Source: Octopus bimaculoides | Taxonomy: Eukaryota | Reading direction: 5' to 3' | DNA: 64,000 nt | Assembly (NCBI RefSeq): GCF_001194135.2 | Contig: NC_068981.1 | Span: forward strand, 154,608,098 to 154,672,097 | Notes under the pieces: model-generated | Databases searched by the model: none | Told to the model about the DNA's origin: nothing | Seen by the model: only the letters and a program-made list of their open reading frames with translations | Made by a program: the position numbers and the translations under genes | Part shown: one piece after another, positions 27,127 to 41,047 of the stretch | Position numbering within the stretch: the first letter of the stretch is position 1 | How the letters are laid out: the number at the start of each line of letters is the position of its first letter

Positions 27127-28645
27127 TTGATCTTTATGAGCTTTACGTACTGCAATGATATTATATTGTTTGGGCTACAAACTATCTATTTTGTCTATAC
27201 ATAGCCATATGTCTCAGATTTGAATTTGTGGGAATGAGGAGGACTCTATGCAAAATTTTATTACATTCTTATCAGTTTTACAACCATGTAGCAGGACTGA
27301 CATTTCATTCGGAAAAACATATCGGTCTTAATGCAAGAAAAAATACGTCTTTTGTTTTGTTTTTTTTTTAATATTTTGCTTCACAATGAAGATTATGCGT
27401 TAGGAATTTATGCAATAAATGACAAATTTAGAAATATTCTTCACTAATTAAAATTTACCTTCTAGTTGGAGAAAGATAAAAATAAAAAACCTAGCAGCAA
27501 TTGTTGGAGACTCTTAAAGAAAAAGAAGATAATTTCAAGAAATCAGTTTCAAATTTTGGTAGCAGTTTTGGAGGAGGAGTTAAGTCGATTACATCGACCC
27601 CATTGCTTAACTGGTACTTATTTTGTTGACCTTGAAAGGATAAAAGGCAAAGTCGACTGTAGCAGAATTTGAACTCAGAATGTAAAGACAAATGATATGC
27701 CACTAACCGTTTTGCCCAGCACCCTTTTGTAATTTCAAGAAATTAAAAATAAAAAGGAAAGAAAAAAAATTAACCTTTTGAAGTTCATTTATATTCTTAA
27801 AGGAAGGAAAATCTGATATTTGTTTGCAGGCAAGGGGCAGTTATAGCATAGCAGAGTCCATTGAAACCTGCTTGATTAGTTGACAAGCATATATATAGAT
27901 CAAGAAAAAAGAGTCACAAATAATTTCTGGCTAGCATAAGTTGCATAATTAAAAAAATATTGTCTGATACACTGACCTCTTTATCTATCTTACTGACTAA
28001 ATCATATGATAGAGAAAAGTTGTGATGAGAGTCACGATGCCCCCTTGTGAGAAATAGACTGGACCAAGCGATTATAAATAGTAGCGGTCAGAGTGAAGTT
28101 TGGTGTGTGAGTTCGAGTTGAGTTCATAGCGAAGTCCGAAGGTGTTGGTTGGTTAGTTCACTTGGAATATTGATTGTTGGTTCGTGAAGAGATTGTTGGA
28201 TCAATATGTTGTTATTATGGCTGCATTGATATCTTGTTTGCTGTTACACTGGTACAGTGTATCTAAACCATCTGTCATAATATCATGGCAGTACCATGAC
28301 ATCAAAGACAGAAGATACAAGAAAAAGACAGTTCATTTTTTAAAATGTCTGGTGGTTTATTTTGGGGACATGTCTAACACTCACAGCATTTACGATATTG
28401 CAGCTATTCCTCAATTACAAGTTAGTGTCTAATACAGGTTACACAAGGAGAAAGTGAATTCCATTAAAATTCAAGCCATTTTAAATATGTAGAACTGATA
28501 AGAATGTAATAAAATTTTGCAATAGAGTCCTCATTATTCCCACATATTCAAATCTGAGACATATGGCTATGTATAGACAAAATAGATAGTTTGTAGCCCA
28601 AACAATATAATATCATTTGCAGTACGTAAAGCTCATAAAGATCAA
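27127..28645. repeat. Long inverted repeat pair (27127-27282 / 28488-28645)
   Basis: Arms of 156 and 158 bp are reverse complements with about 6 differences by eye, separated by a 1.2-kb spacer. Confidence 0.93.
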
Positions 28646-31480
28646 ATGCATTTCTCCTTTGTTAAAAAAATCTTGAAAAGATATAAGCTTAAATAATGAA
28701 GTGGTTCAGCAATATGGACAATGTATTAAATTAAAGCTGTGAATAGGAGGTGTATATTTTAACCATAACAGCTGGCACTGATCTACAAAGTACAAGGAAC
28801 CACTAATAAGTTGAAAGTAGGGCATGCACTGCAGAAGAATTCATGTCTCTTTTTGTTTCTCTTTTGTTCTTTTTGATACTTTGCTCCACCAATATTTTAG
28901 GTCAATAGACAGGAGAAAGACTACGAGGAGAGAAAAGAACAATGAAAGAAAACAAAAAGAAAAATATTGCAAACAGTGAAGACATTTGTAAGCTGTGTAT
29001 ATATATATATATATCAAATAATAAGCAACACGGATTTCAAAAGTGATTGCAGTACGCACGTTTCATGCTACTTCAATTTATTTAAGTAATGTGAGCATTA
29101 CCTTAAATGCAATATGAAGAGCAATCTTCAGCTGCACGAAAAAATGTAGAAAAAAGACATATTACAAATGTGGCAACATATTAAAACCAAGTGGGAGAGA
29201 GCAGAGGAAGAATATATAAGTCCATCTGATAGCTTATATCACTTCAGATACCCACTTACCCAATGATCCTATATGGTCCTCCTACACTATATCTCACTTC
29301 AAAATGTTTCAAGCTTCATCTGCTTGTTACAACTTATNNNNNNNNNNNNNNNNNNNNNNNNNNNNNNNNNNNNNCGGGTGCCTTCGCATAAGTACCATAT
29401 TCAAGCCTTGAATCTATATATATATATATATATATATATGCAAATTGTATATGTGTATGTGTGTATTGGTGCATGTGTGTAAGTGTATGTGTAAGTATTC
29501 ATGTACATGTATAAATGTAAATAAAGAAAAGAGAGAGAGAGAGAGAGGGCAAGAGAGGGAGAATTACCATAATTTCTTTACTGTAAAAGATATGTGAAGA
29601 GAATGTACAATGACAGTGTATTTTAAATTCAGTAACATATACTGTATCACCTCTTTTTTTTTTTTTCCTTCTTGTTTTTACTTGTCTTCCTCTTTTCAAC
29701 AATCAGCTGCTTTGGTTGTCTCAGCTTTCCTTAGTCACTAAGTGCTTGCTCTCATCTCTTGATGCTAACTGCTACCTCAATCCATGTCTAAATCTGCCTC
29801 ATTAAAAATGATGGCACATATACTCTGTCAGCAAAGACCTCTATCTTCTTAAACTGTAGCACATATATATAATTTTGGCTCTTCTTCATGTAGTCTTCCC
29901 TTGTGCCATTCTTATTCTTAGTTCAAAAGCCTGTCACGTTAATAATTTCCTTTCATTTTCACTTATATCACTTCAGATACCCACTTACCCAATGATCCTA
30001 TATGGTCCTCCTACACTATATCTCACTTCAAAATGTTTCAAGCTTCATCTGCTTGTTACAACTTATTTCCAGGTTTTGCTTTCCCTTCTAGCTGGATAAA
30101 CATATCAGCTAGCTTTCTATATGATTTCGGCTACCTCTTTTCTTTTGAGTCTGGCAAGAATATCTTTTATCACATACATACATAAAATATACAAAACCCA
30201 TTACATCTGTGAAACTGAACATGATTTGTGACAGGAAAAGAAAAATCAGAATATTAAAAACATAAAAGAAAGAAAAAATAACTGAATAAAAATGCCTTTG
30301 AAATACAACATTTTAAAAACAGTATTGATAACACAGACAGGCAGATGGTGAGGAATACCCTCATTCAGATTCTAACAGTCATTCATGTCTTAATCAATAA
30401 TCTGCATGAAAAGAAATTGACTTTATTTTATGATAAAAATTAGGAAGAAATAAATTTTTTTTTATTTTAGAAATACCAAAATACAAAAAAAAAAATGAAA
30501 AAATAATATTAAATTAAATTTTAAAGAAATGAGTTGTGCTTGTCATTTCAAATCAATAAAGGATGAATATAAAGAATGAGTAATCATTTCCGTTATCATT
30601 GAATAGAGATATAGTTTAGATTGAAAATGTAATTGGTAAACAAAATAGTGTCGAATAGAAAGAGACAGATCAAGGAAATGTGATAGTGCAGTATGTTGGG
30701 TTGAAACATAACTATTCATACAAAGAGTTATAGTTTCATATATATTTAGTGTGTGTATGTGTGTGACTTACATCTCAGTGGTTGTGAGGATAGAGTGATG
30801 GACAACTAATTACAAGGTTATGAGTTCAAACTGCTATAAGTAATATGTTTTTGTTCAGATTCATTTCAACCCTAATAAAGTGGTCCAACAATTTCAATCC
30901 TAATAAAGTGGTCCAACAATGACTAATTTGTCCTCTTTCTTTTTTACCTTTTTTTAAGTGTGGGGGGGGGTGAAGGGGCATAATGTATCCTGGACAACAT
31001 TATCTGATGTGTCATTTCTTTAAGATGGCAAATGTAAATTGTGAGATTTAACTGCGATTTCCAGCAGGTTTAGTAACTAGACATGAAGTTATTCTGTTGG
31101 TTGCAGACAACCTAATAGAGAATTGGTGCTATAAAAGTCAAGTAGTTTAAGGTAAGAAGATCATGTAATTGTCATTTAGTTTCAGGGCAACTCTAGTCTG
31201 GTCAAGTTGACTTGTGATTAAAAGCATCCAAGCCACAGCCATCCTTTCTTTTCAGACAGTGTGTATCTCAAACAACATTATCCAATATAGCTTTAACTGT
31301 TTTAAAGACAACAGCATTTAATTTGAGAGACATGGTTGCTACTTTTAGCAGGTTAAATAATGATGTAGAGGTTCCAGCATTAGCTTAGATTATCTGGCTG
31401 CAAAAATACTAACAACACAACAGTCTATATCCACCTATGAATGGAAAAAGGGATGATGAGAATATATGTAAGTAGGAAGG

Positions 31481-32480
31481 TGATGAACTGGCAGAATCAT
31501 TAGCATGCCAGGCAAAATGCTTAGTGGCATTTCATCCATCTTCATGTTCTGTGTTCAAATTCTGGAGAGGTCAAATTTGCCTTTCATCCTTTCAGGGTTG
31601 GTAAAATAAGTACCAGTTGAGCACTGGGGTCAATGTCATCAACTTAACCCTACTTCAAAATTGCTGGCTTTGTGCCAAAATTCGAAACCAATATATGTAA
31701 GTAGTGGCTACATGATTATGGATATTGATTATGCCAATGGTCTCAAGCAAAGTTTTTGTAACACACAACTTCTTGTGAGCTGGAATGTTAAGGAAGAGTA
31801 TTTATGGTGGGACATTTGTTGACCATCATGATGAGGCTTTTACTGTTGTGAGTATAAAAGTGCTGTCTAAGTTGTGTAATTGTATTATGTTGAATGTAAA
31901 ATGACCTGAAATGGACTTAAATTATTAAAGCAACAAATAAAATATGTTGCACTATTTTTTCTGGTTCTTTGCAACTGTAGGTTCAACTCTTGCCATGGTG
32001 AACTTTGCATTTCAACCTTAGAGAAAATGAAGTACCAGTCAAGCACTGAATTGATGTAATTCCTCTTCAAAATTGGTGGCCTTGAGAGCATAAATCAAAA
32101 CCCATCTAGGGCAGCAAGCAGGCAGAATTGTTAGTACATCAGATGAAATGCTTAGCAGCATTTCTTCCAGCTCTTTATGTTCTGAGCTCAATGTAAGCAA
32201 CTTACTCCCTCCTAAAATTGTTGGCCTCATGCTAAAATTTGAAGCAATTATTGTTATTTTTACCAGGCCAGTGGAGTGGAAGAATCAGTAGAGCAACAGA
32301 AAAAATATCCCGCAGTTTTTGTTTCAACCTTATTCATCTTAAGTTTAAATTCTGCTGGGATTGAATCAACTTTATTACTCATTCTTTTACAGTCAATAAA
32401 ACACCAGTCAAGTACTGGGGTTGATAGTATTAATGAACCTGCCTCCCTAAAATTTCTGGTTTTGTGCCCATATGAGAAAC
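31481..32480 (+). mobile_element. Cluster of four same-strand SINE family C copies or fragments. Minus-strand copies at 20810-21025, 21690-21900 and 27550-27725
   Basis: Shared ggcagaatc.ttagc...aaatgcttag...gttctgagttcaaatt...gtcga.tttgcctttcatccttt...ataagtaccag...cactggggtc.atg. Confidence 0.8.
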
Positions 32481-32710
32481 AATTACTATTGTTATTATTA
32501 AATTTGACCTCTCAGAGCAGCCGATCTTGCTCCAGTTAATTCTGTGAAAGCAGACAGCAAACTGTTCTCAAAGATCTCATAGGGTCTTTTTCCATGAATT
32601 ATAAAACTTGGAAATGTTCAGTATCGTGGAAGATACTTAACACTCAAATAAAAATCTCAAAGTCTTTGCTGTCCCCAATAAAGCAGTTTTTTGAGCATGT
32701 TCTACCCTCA

Positions 32711-33780
32711 ATTATTATTATCATTATTATTATACGAAGACTTACAGCTTATTTTGCTGGGCATGATGGAAAGTGTCAGCTGTCCACAACCAGCAGACTT
32801 TGGTGACACTTGTTTACTGGTCATGCTTCAAGAACCTTGTGAAGAATTCTTGCAGTTCCAAGCAATGCTGATTTTTGTAGGCGTTCTACCTTCACACTTG
32901 CATCAATCTTTTTCAGCCATGTTGGTGGTTGAGCTGATAATTCCTAGTGTACCAATTTCTATTGGTATCACGTCTACTCTCTTCACTGAACACAAATTTC
33001 ATATTTCCTACTTTAAATCATCATAGTTGTTTATTTTTTCTTCTTTCACATTGATCCTATTGTTATTGGAGCATGCTATGTCGATAATCATACATGTTCT
33101 TTCTTTTTATTCACCACAACAATGTCCAGTTTCCGATGTCTGGTCAGGTGATTGCACTGGATCATTATATCCCACAGGATTTTGCAGTTCTCATTTTCAG
33201 TGACTCCTTCTGGAGTTTGTTCATACCATGTCTTTGCTCTTTGTAGGCCGTGATTTCCACAGAGGTCCCAATGGATCATTCTTGCTACATTGTCATGGTG
33301 TCAATTGTATTTGTGTTATGCCAATTTCAGGCATCTGCTAATGATGTGCCATACTGTTTCACCCCTCTCACCACACATTCTGCATTTGTCACTATCAGTA
33401 GCGTTGTCAATTCTGCATGTCATATAATTGGTCCTTAACGCTTGTATCTGAGCTGCACATATGAGTGCTTCTCTCTCTGTCTTCAGGTCACTCCTCTTCA
33501 TCCATAGCCACCAGTCCTCTGTATTTGTTTTGGCGTTCACATCTCTTGCAAGCTGACCTTACATTTTTTTCCTTCCATGCTTTTTTAGTGTCACAATTTC
33601 CAGTTTTGATGACGCTGGCCTACTTCATGTGTTTCAACAGTGGCTGTACAGCATTTTTTATATACCACTCTAAGCTGTTTTCCTTTGCTTTGATACAGTT
33701 CTGGCAACTGATCAAACCTCTGGACAAGTACAGCCTATCAGTGTCACTCTCAGGGTGGAAGGCTCCGTGTACTGTCAGCT
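32711..33780 (-). mobile_element. 5'-truncated R4/Dong-type non-LTR retrotransposon (restriction-like endonuclease) with (TAA)n tail
   Basis: HGAFHPESDTDRLYL; CCHC finger CRMCGERGETVWHIISRC; RK(L/P)DIVVV...IIDIAC endonuclease motif; C-terminus LQKSALLGTARILHKVLEA* (stop 32821-32823); short 3' UTR and tail at 32711-32733. Stops and frameshifts are present. Confidence 0.88.
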
Positions 33781-33895
<115 letters not shown>

Positions 33896-34730
33896 TGCAC
33901 ATTATTATATTTTGCACATGTGAGCAAGTACATATGAGTGATGTTAACATGAGATTGATGTTAAGTTCTGAGTGAGCAAAGTTTTAGATTCCCAATAGAA
34001 CTAATTCATTTCACATGTTACTCACACCTGTGATTTCCATTCATAATGAAAGGCCTCTCATACATGAACACTTGATCTTGCAAAACGTCTTTGTATCAAA
34101 GGTATATATGCACAGTTACGTATTCAATTAATATATGCATGTCTTCTTCATATAATCACATATTACAACATACGTAAAAAACTTACCTATCTCTAGACTA
34201 AGAGGTAGGTCTCTAAGTGGTCATTCAACTTGCTAGAAATAGCAGCCAAATATCCAGTAAATCATACCCTACCATTTAAATATAAAGCACACATTAGGTA
34301 TATTATGTCTGAAAAGTAAGATAAGATGATCATGGTTGAATGCTAGGTCAGCCAGCTCAGTTAGTGTAGTCATAAACTAAAGAACAGTAACAAACTTTAC
34401 AAAGATCCATGACAGATTAAAAGAATATTCACTTAACAATCTCTATATTAATGAATATTCTTTTAATCTTGTAACTCTTGTATGAATAAATGAAAAATGT
34501 AATTCTCTAGCTTGAATAAATGAAAAAATATTGCTAAATTACACATGAATAAATAAATATATTATGGTGTGGCTGCGTGGTTAAGAAGCATGCTTCCCAA
34601 CCATGTGGTCTAGAGTTCAGTTCCACTACACAGCACCTCGAGCAAGTGTCTTGTGTCTTCCAAAAGTACCAGGTCAGCTAAAGCTTTGTGAAAGGATTTG
34701 GTAGTTAGAAACAGAAAAAAGCTCATCATA

Positions 34731-34773
<43 letters not shown>

Positions 34774-36641
34774 ACGTGTGAGCACATGTGTGTGTGTGTG
34801 CTTGTGCTTTGTCAGTCACCACCACATGACAACTGGTGTTGGTTTGTTTATATTCCTGTAACATAGAGATTGTTAAGTGAATATTCTATTAATTTGTCAT
34901 GGGTCTATGTAAAGGTTGTTACTGTAAGTTGGTGCTTTGGCAAAAAGAGATGAATAAAATAAGTACTAGGCTTAAAAAAAGTATTGGGGTTGATTTCTTT
35001 CATTAAATCCTTCAAGGCAGTGCCCCAGGATGTTATGGCTGCAGTTCAATGACTGAAACAAGTAAAAGATAAGAAATAAGATCTATCTATATCTATCTAT
35101 ACGTGTGTGTGTGGGTGTGTGTATAAGTGAAGACACACATATACATACATATGTACACAGATGATTAGCTGCTTACACCAATACACAAACAAGCATATGT
35201 AACAGACATAGAAACATGTATGTGTTATAAAAAATGGTGAACCAGAGAAAGTGACAATGTTAACTTGGTATCAACTTCTTGCTTTTATGTCAATCACTCC
35301 ACTTTAAACTCTTGATAAAGGAAATAATTGCTTTTTCTGAATCAAAACACACAGACAGACATATTTCAATATAACTACAGTGACAGACATGTGCATAGAC
35401 ATACACACACATACCCTCACTGCCATCAATATATAGAGATAGATATATACACAGGCTGACCAAGGCCTTACGAGTATATCTGGTAGATAGAAACTAAAAT
35501 AAGTCCATTACACACACACACAGATGTATGTATATGTGTGTCTATACATGTATGTTTGTGTCTCCTCATCTCGACATTGCTTATTTGTTGCAAATGAATG
35601 CCAATCATCATCATCATCATCATCATCGTTTAAAGTCTGCTTTCCATGCTAGCATGGGTTGGACGATTTCACTGAGGACTGGTGAAACCAGATGGCTACA
35701 CCAGGCTCCAATCTGATTTGGCAGAGTTTCTACAGTTGGATGCCCTTCCTAATGCCAACCACTCCGAGAGTGTAGTGGGTGCTTTTACATGCCACTGGCA
35801 TGAAGGCAAGTCAGTTGGTACTGGCAATGGCCACACTCAAAATGGTGTATTTTACGTGCCACCTGCACAGGAGCCAGTCCATTTCTAAATTTCTGCACAA
35901 CCCTGTCTGGCTGTTGGGAAATATTACCTTGCTTGGAAACAGGTATGGGCTGGTGACAGGAAGGATATCCAGTCATAGAAAATCTGCCTCAAGAAATCCC
36001 ATCTGACCAATGCAAGTATGAAAAAGTGACTGTTAAAACAATGATGATGGTGATAATGATGATGATGCAAATATATACACAAATACACTGGAGGATACAG
36101 TTACATACAGACATACACTCACACACAGACTTATACATAGATACACATGGCCAGAGACAGAAATAAGTATTGGGGTTCATGTGACTGACTAAACCTTTTA
36201 AGATTGAAAGAAGTGAAATAATTATTTCTAATTTTAGTACAAGGCCAGAAAGCCTGTGGAATAATAAAACTAACAAAGATAGTACCCTAGGAATGTGCTT
36301 TCAATTAATACCCATTTTTCCATGAAAGCAAAGGTTGGACAGGGATAGAACTGTGGCAGAATTTTATGGCCAGATGCTTTTTCTGCAGGTAATCCTTACC
36401 TGTTTTCCAATAAAGGTTTTTTTTTTAATTCTACAAGTGTTTGAAAGCACAGAATGACCAATCATATTGCCAATAATGTAAACATCATTCATCACTTCAC
36501 TCAAGCGAAGCCATGGGCTGTCAATATCCATGCACTTTTTCTCTTTACACACACACAAACACATATACATATAAATACACATACACAACAAGCTAACCAG
36601 TTTCAATGAAACAAATTCATATAGACCCAGGCCTATAGTAG

Positions 36642-37927
36642 AATATGCTTACCAAAAATGCTACTGAAATTGCTCTATATATAGTGATTTTATGAAACAT
36701 ATATGTGTGTATACATGCATGCAGTCATACATAAAAATCACATGATTGTTAAGATTTCAGTACAAACAAGTAGGTAAAAAAAAGGGGGGACTCCCTAATG
36801 AAAATAGAGTGTCAAAATTTTTATTGCAAAGGTAACTTCAAATTTCATTACTTTGAGTTTCATGTCTCTGATCTTCAAAAATCAATTTGAGGAAATTGAA
36901 AACTTTAAATAAGAATAACTGATGTCACAAGGATAACATTATATCTTCTGCATTGCTGGAATGTTGTGTCCCTGAAAATCTTGCTACAACATGAAATTTC
37001 CTAACACAAAATATATTTCCTATTGACATTCATATAACATGGGAACCAATGAAAATAGATTTTGAATGACAGAATTCCATGTTATGGCAAAATTCTCAGA
37101 GACGCAATGTTTCCCTAATGCAGAGGATGCTTGGATTCAGATAGGCAAATAAAATGAAGTCATAAGGAGTTAGAAATTTTTGAGAAAATATGAAATATTT
37201 TTCTTTTTTGAACAGTGAATCTTGAAGCACCAGCCTTTGACTTTTTCTATCCAAGGATTTTCTTAACCCAATGTTTACATGCTATTATTTATAGCTTTAT
37301 CTGCTTCGAGAGTCATTGTTCCTAAAATGGAAGTCTTTGCCTGAAAGCATGTGTAAAAATAAATACAAAAAATACTTGATTGAATACATATGCAAAGACA
37401 ACAAATTAACTTAAAACAAATAAATAAAATAATAATAGAATTTGAGAATGAATGACATCTTGTGAATGGTTTTACCCTAAAATAATTGCAATTTGTATGA
37501 TTGAATTTTACTATTATTTCTGCATTTTATTTTTATTCATTTGATTTTAGTTAGTTGATTTTTATCATTGGATATGCATCAAATCAAATATTTTCTATTT
37601 TTTAAAATTTTATCTTTAAACATGAATCCAATCAAAAGTGTCCTTTTTGCTTTCATTATGTGAATATTTTTATTAACGGTTTCCTGTATCATTCCTTAAA
37701 TTTTGTTTGAAGATTGGAAGACTTGAAACTCAGAAACAAGTTTCAGCTTTTATAAAGATACATATGTACACACACACATGCAACATAATAAATATGCTTA
37801 CCAAAAATGTTACTGAAATTGCTCTGTATATAGTGATTTTATGAAACATATATGTGTGTGTACATGCATGCAGTCATACATAAAAATCACCTGATTGTTA
37901 AGATTTCGGTACAAACAAGTAAGTAAA
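36642..37927. repeat. Direct repeat pair of about 137 bp (36642-36778 / 37791-37927)
   Basis: aatatgcttaccaaaaatg(c/t)tactgaaattgctct...tacaaacaagta(g/a)gtaaaa with about 6 substitutions. Confidence 0.92.
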
Positions 37928-40393
37928 AGAGTGGGGACATTAAATGTATGGACAGGCTGAAACAGAATTACTCACTTTTGCCAGCTTGGTGGACTAGAGC
38001 AAAGTGAAATGAAGTGTTTTACTCAAGAACACAACACATTGCCCAGTCCAGGATATATGTTATATATATATAATTACAATTTGACTCAGCTTCACTTTAC
38101 TTAAAATTTCATGGGTGTAGGACATATCCATTTTACCAGATTTTGGAGGTAGAGCAGAGAGAATTTAAAAGAAATTTAAAATGGTTTCTAGGCATTTAGG
38201 CCTTCATTGGTCAGTTCAGCTCATGTTGTTTTTTAGGTCGATGTCATGCAGTCAGCATGCTGGTGCACTTTGTTAGCATTCAGCAACACCAGTTCCTGAT
38301 ATTGGATACCACATATGGTGGGGTAGATAAGACATTGACATCAATCAACTTATTAATCATCCTTATGTAGAGTGTAGTACTTTGGTAACGACAGTTATCA
38401 TATGGGTTGGGTGACCAGTTTAACAGTGTAAGATTACAAATGAGTTCACATGACTGACATGAGTTGGCTGCAATCTCTACAGATAGCAGGAATAATATAT
38501 CCTGCCATTGTGTTAGCCAGTTAGGCATAGTATGATATGTTAGGGTTATCAGCAGCCAAAGACTTGAAGTTCATAAGCACATTGATACCACTGGTGACAA
38601 CAGTAAGATAGTTTATTGTTCCTATTGACAGATACTATAGGCTGGTAGGGTATATGCAGTTTCTTACTTTGGCAATTACAAGTTACAGATGAGTAATGAA
38701 TGGCCTTGTTAAGGATGCTCCTTGTAATACTGGGGAAATCATTTCACTAGTTCTGAAGAATCCTGTCCCTTCACCTAAAGGAGTGTATGTGAAGCTGAAT
38801 CAAACTGTTATTAAATAAATGTATCTCCAACCAAATATATTCAGTACTGCTTTCCTTCATATGTCCACACACACTCTCTATATATTTATATCAGTAATAC
38901 TTTTTACTACGGAGACAATATGTTAATTGGCAGAGCACAATAATGCATACATTTACATCTCTTCTGATAACAATGTTTCATTAAGTCAAAGATTTTTATG
39001 ATAATGAGACAAACATTAGATTGAGGTTATGAAAAAAAATTGTTCACTTGTTGAGACAGATTTTTATAGCCAGCTGCCCTTCTTATTGATGACTGCTATC
39101 TGTTTTCAAGTAAGGTAGTATTTCCCCATGGCCAGACGTACTGTTACAGATGATTGAAAATAACTTTAGGTGTTTTTGTTATTTAGTTCTTGGTTACCTG
39201 TAATTAAACACATCTAAAATCAAAGAATTCCAGCCATGGCCACCTTGTCTTAGTTTCAGACAATATATTCAGGACCACATTTATCAATGTGTTATTACCT
39301 TTTAAGATGGAAAAGTGTAATTTTCAAGATATTTGGCTGTTAGTTCTACATTAAACGATCATATACAGGCTCCCCTGTATATGAGTAATATTTTGGATAG
39401 AACTTGAACACAAAATGATAAGATCCCAGAGCTCATTGTCTGGTGAACTGCATGGCAAGCTCAATAGTGCAGGTGGAAAAAAAAAGGCACCCAGTCCACA
39501 CTCTGAAGTGGTTGGCATTAAGAAAGGAATCCATCAGTAAAAAACATGCCAATGTAAACATTGGAGCCCAATGCAATCTTTGGATACATCAGATCCTGTT
39601 AAACCATTCAACTCATGCCAGTATGAAACATGGCGAATAAAAGATGATGATGATGGTGATGTAAAGAAGATAAGTTATTTATAGCATTTGTGATTTCTTT
39701 TGCCTAGAATCAAAGCATTCTTTATAAATAAAGTAAATATAGTCGATTAAAGTGACTGCAAAATTTTTTGGCACTTATTTTATTGAATCATCATTGCCTC
39801 ATCTTCAACTTCTTCATAAGTTTCCATTAGGATCAAACCACAATATAACATGTTATGCACTCGATAATGGCCAATATACTACCACCGTTGGTGTCTGTCC
39901 ATGACAAGATCAGTAGCTTCATTAAATCTAATGGTTATATCATTATTAAATCTTATGGTTATGTCATCATTAAATTGTAAAATGTATATCCTTCGTAAAT
40001 CTCTGATACAATAAGGCTTTGTAGTAATTTCTATAATTCAAAAGAGTGGTTCGTCATATATTTGGTTTTCTCAGTGTGTCTCATCAAAATTAATCTTTTT
40101 GAATGTAAATGCTATCATTTGAAAAAGTTGTGCACTCAGTTGTTCATAAATTTATTCTTTGTATAAAATGAACTCCAGGGGAAAATTATAAAAGAGAATG
40201 ACATCCAGTAGCTATTGTCTCTGCTGGCGTTTTTGTTATTGCCAGGAATGGCTGTGTGGTTAAGAAGTTCAAGTTCCAACTAGATGGTTTCAGGTTCAGT
40301 CCTACAGCATGGCACCTTGTGTGTCTTCCATAACCCTGAGTCAACCAAAGCCTTATGAGTGGATTTGGTAAATGGAAACTGAAAGAAGTTCAC

Positions 40394-40457
<64 letters not shown>

Positions 40458-40835
40458 AGTATGTGTGTGTGTGAGTGAGTGAGAAAGAGAGAAAGAAAGA
40501 GAGAGAGGGGAAGGGAGTGCATGTGTTTTTGTCTCCTTCTCTTGACATTGCATAAGAGTTCTAAATGAATGTCACTATCATACAAGCACTGCCATTCTTT
40601 TCCAGTGTTCTGTAAAACATGTTCAACCATAGGGAAATATTACCTTAGAAGCAGGTGAGGTTTGGTGACAGGAAGGGCATCAGGCCATAGAAAATCTGCC
40701 TTGATAAAAACTCCATCTACCCATGCATGCATGGAAAAAGTGGATGTTAAAATGATGGTGACGATGGTAGTGAGCTCAATCCTATACAACAGAACTACTG
40801 TAATGCAAGCTTTGAAGATTATTATTCCAATTCTA

Positions 40836-41047
40836 CAGGGTGTCAACAAAGTCTGGGTACATGGGGATTAACACATACTTTAAGAAATTACTATTTCTTA
40901 TATTTAATTGTTTATGTTATGATTTTATTTACTCCATGTATCCACATGGAGATTAACACATACTTTAAGAAATTATTATTTCTTAAATTCAATTGTTTAT
41001 GTTATGATAATATTTACTCTATGTACCCAGACCTTGTGGACACCCTG
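40836..41047. mobile_element. Tc1/mariner-type MITE with internal tandem dimer
   Basis: TA TSDs at 40834-40835 and 41048-41049. TIRs are cagggtgtcaacaaagtctgggtacat and atgtacccagaccttgtggacaccctg. The interior is two copies of about 85 bp. Confidence 0.9.

Noticed and set aside
34150-34185. Recursive splice site AG|GTAAGT on the minus strand
   Set aside because: The polypyrimidine tract is weak and the site abuts a dispersed repeat. It cannot be supported without saw-tooth RNA-seq data.
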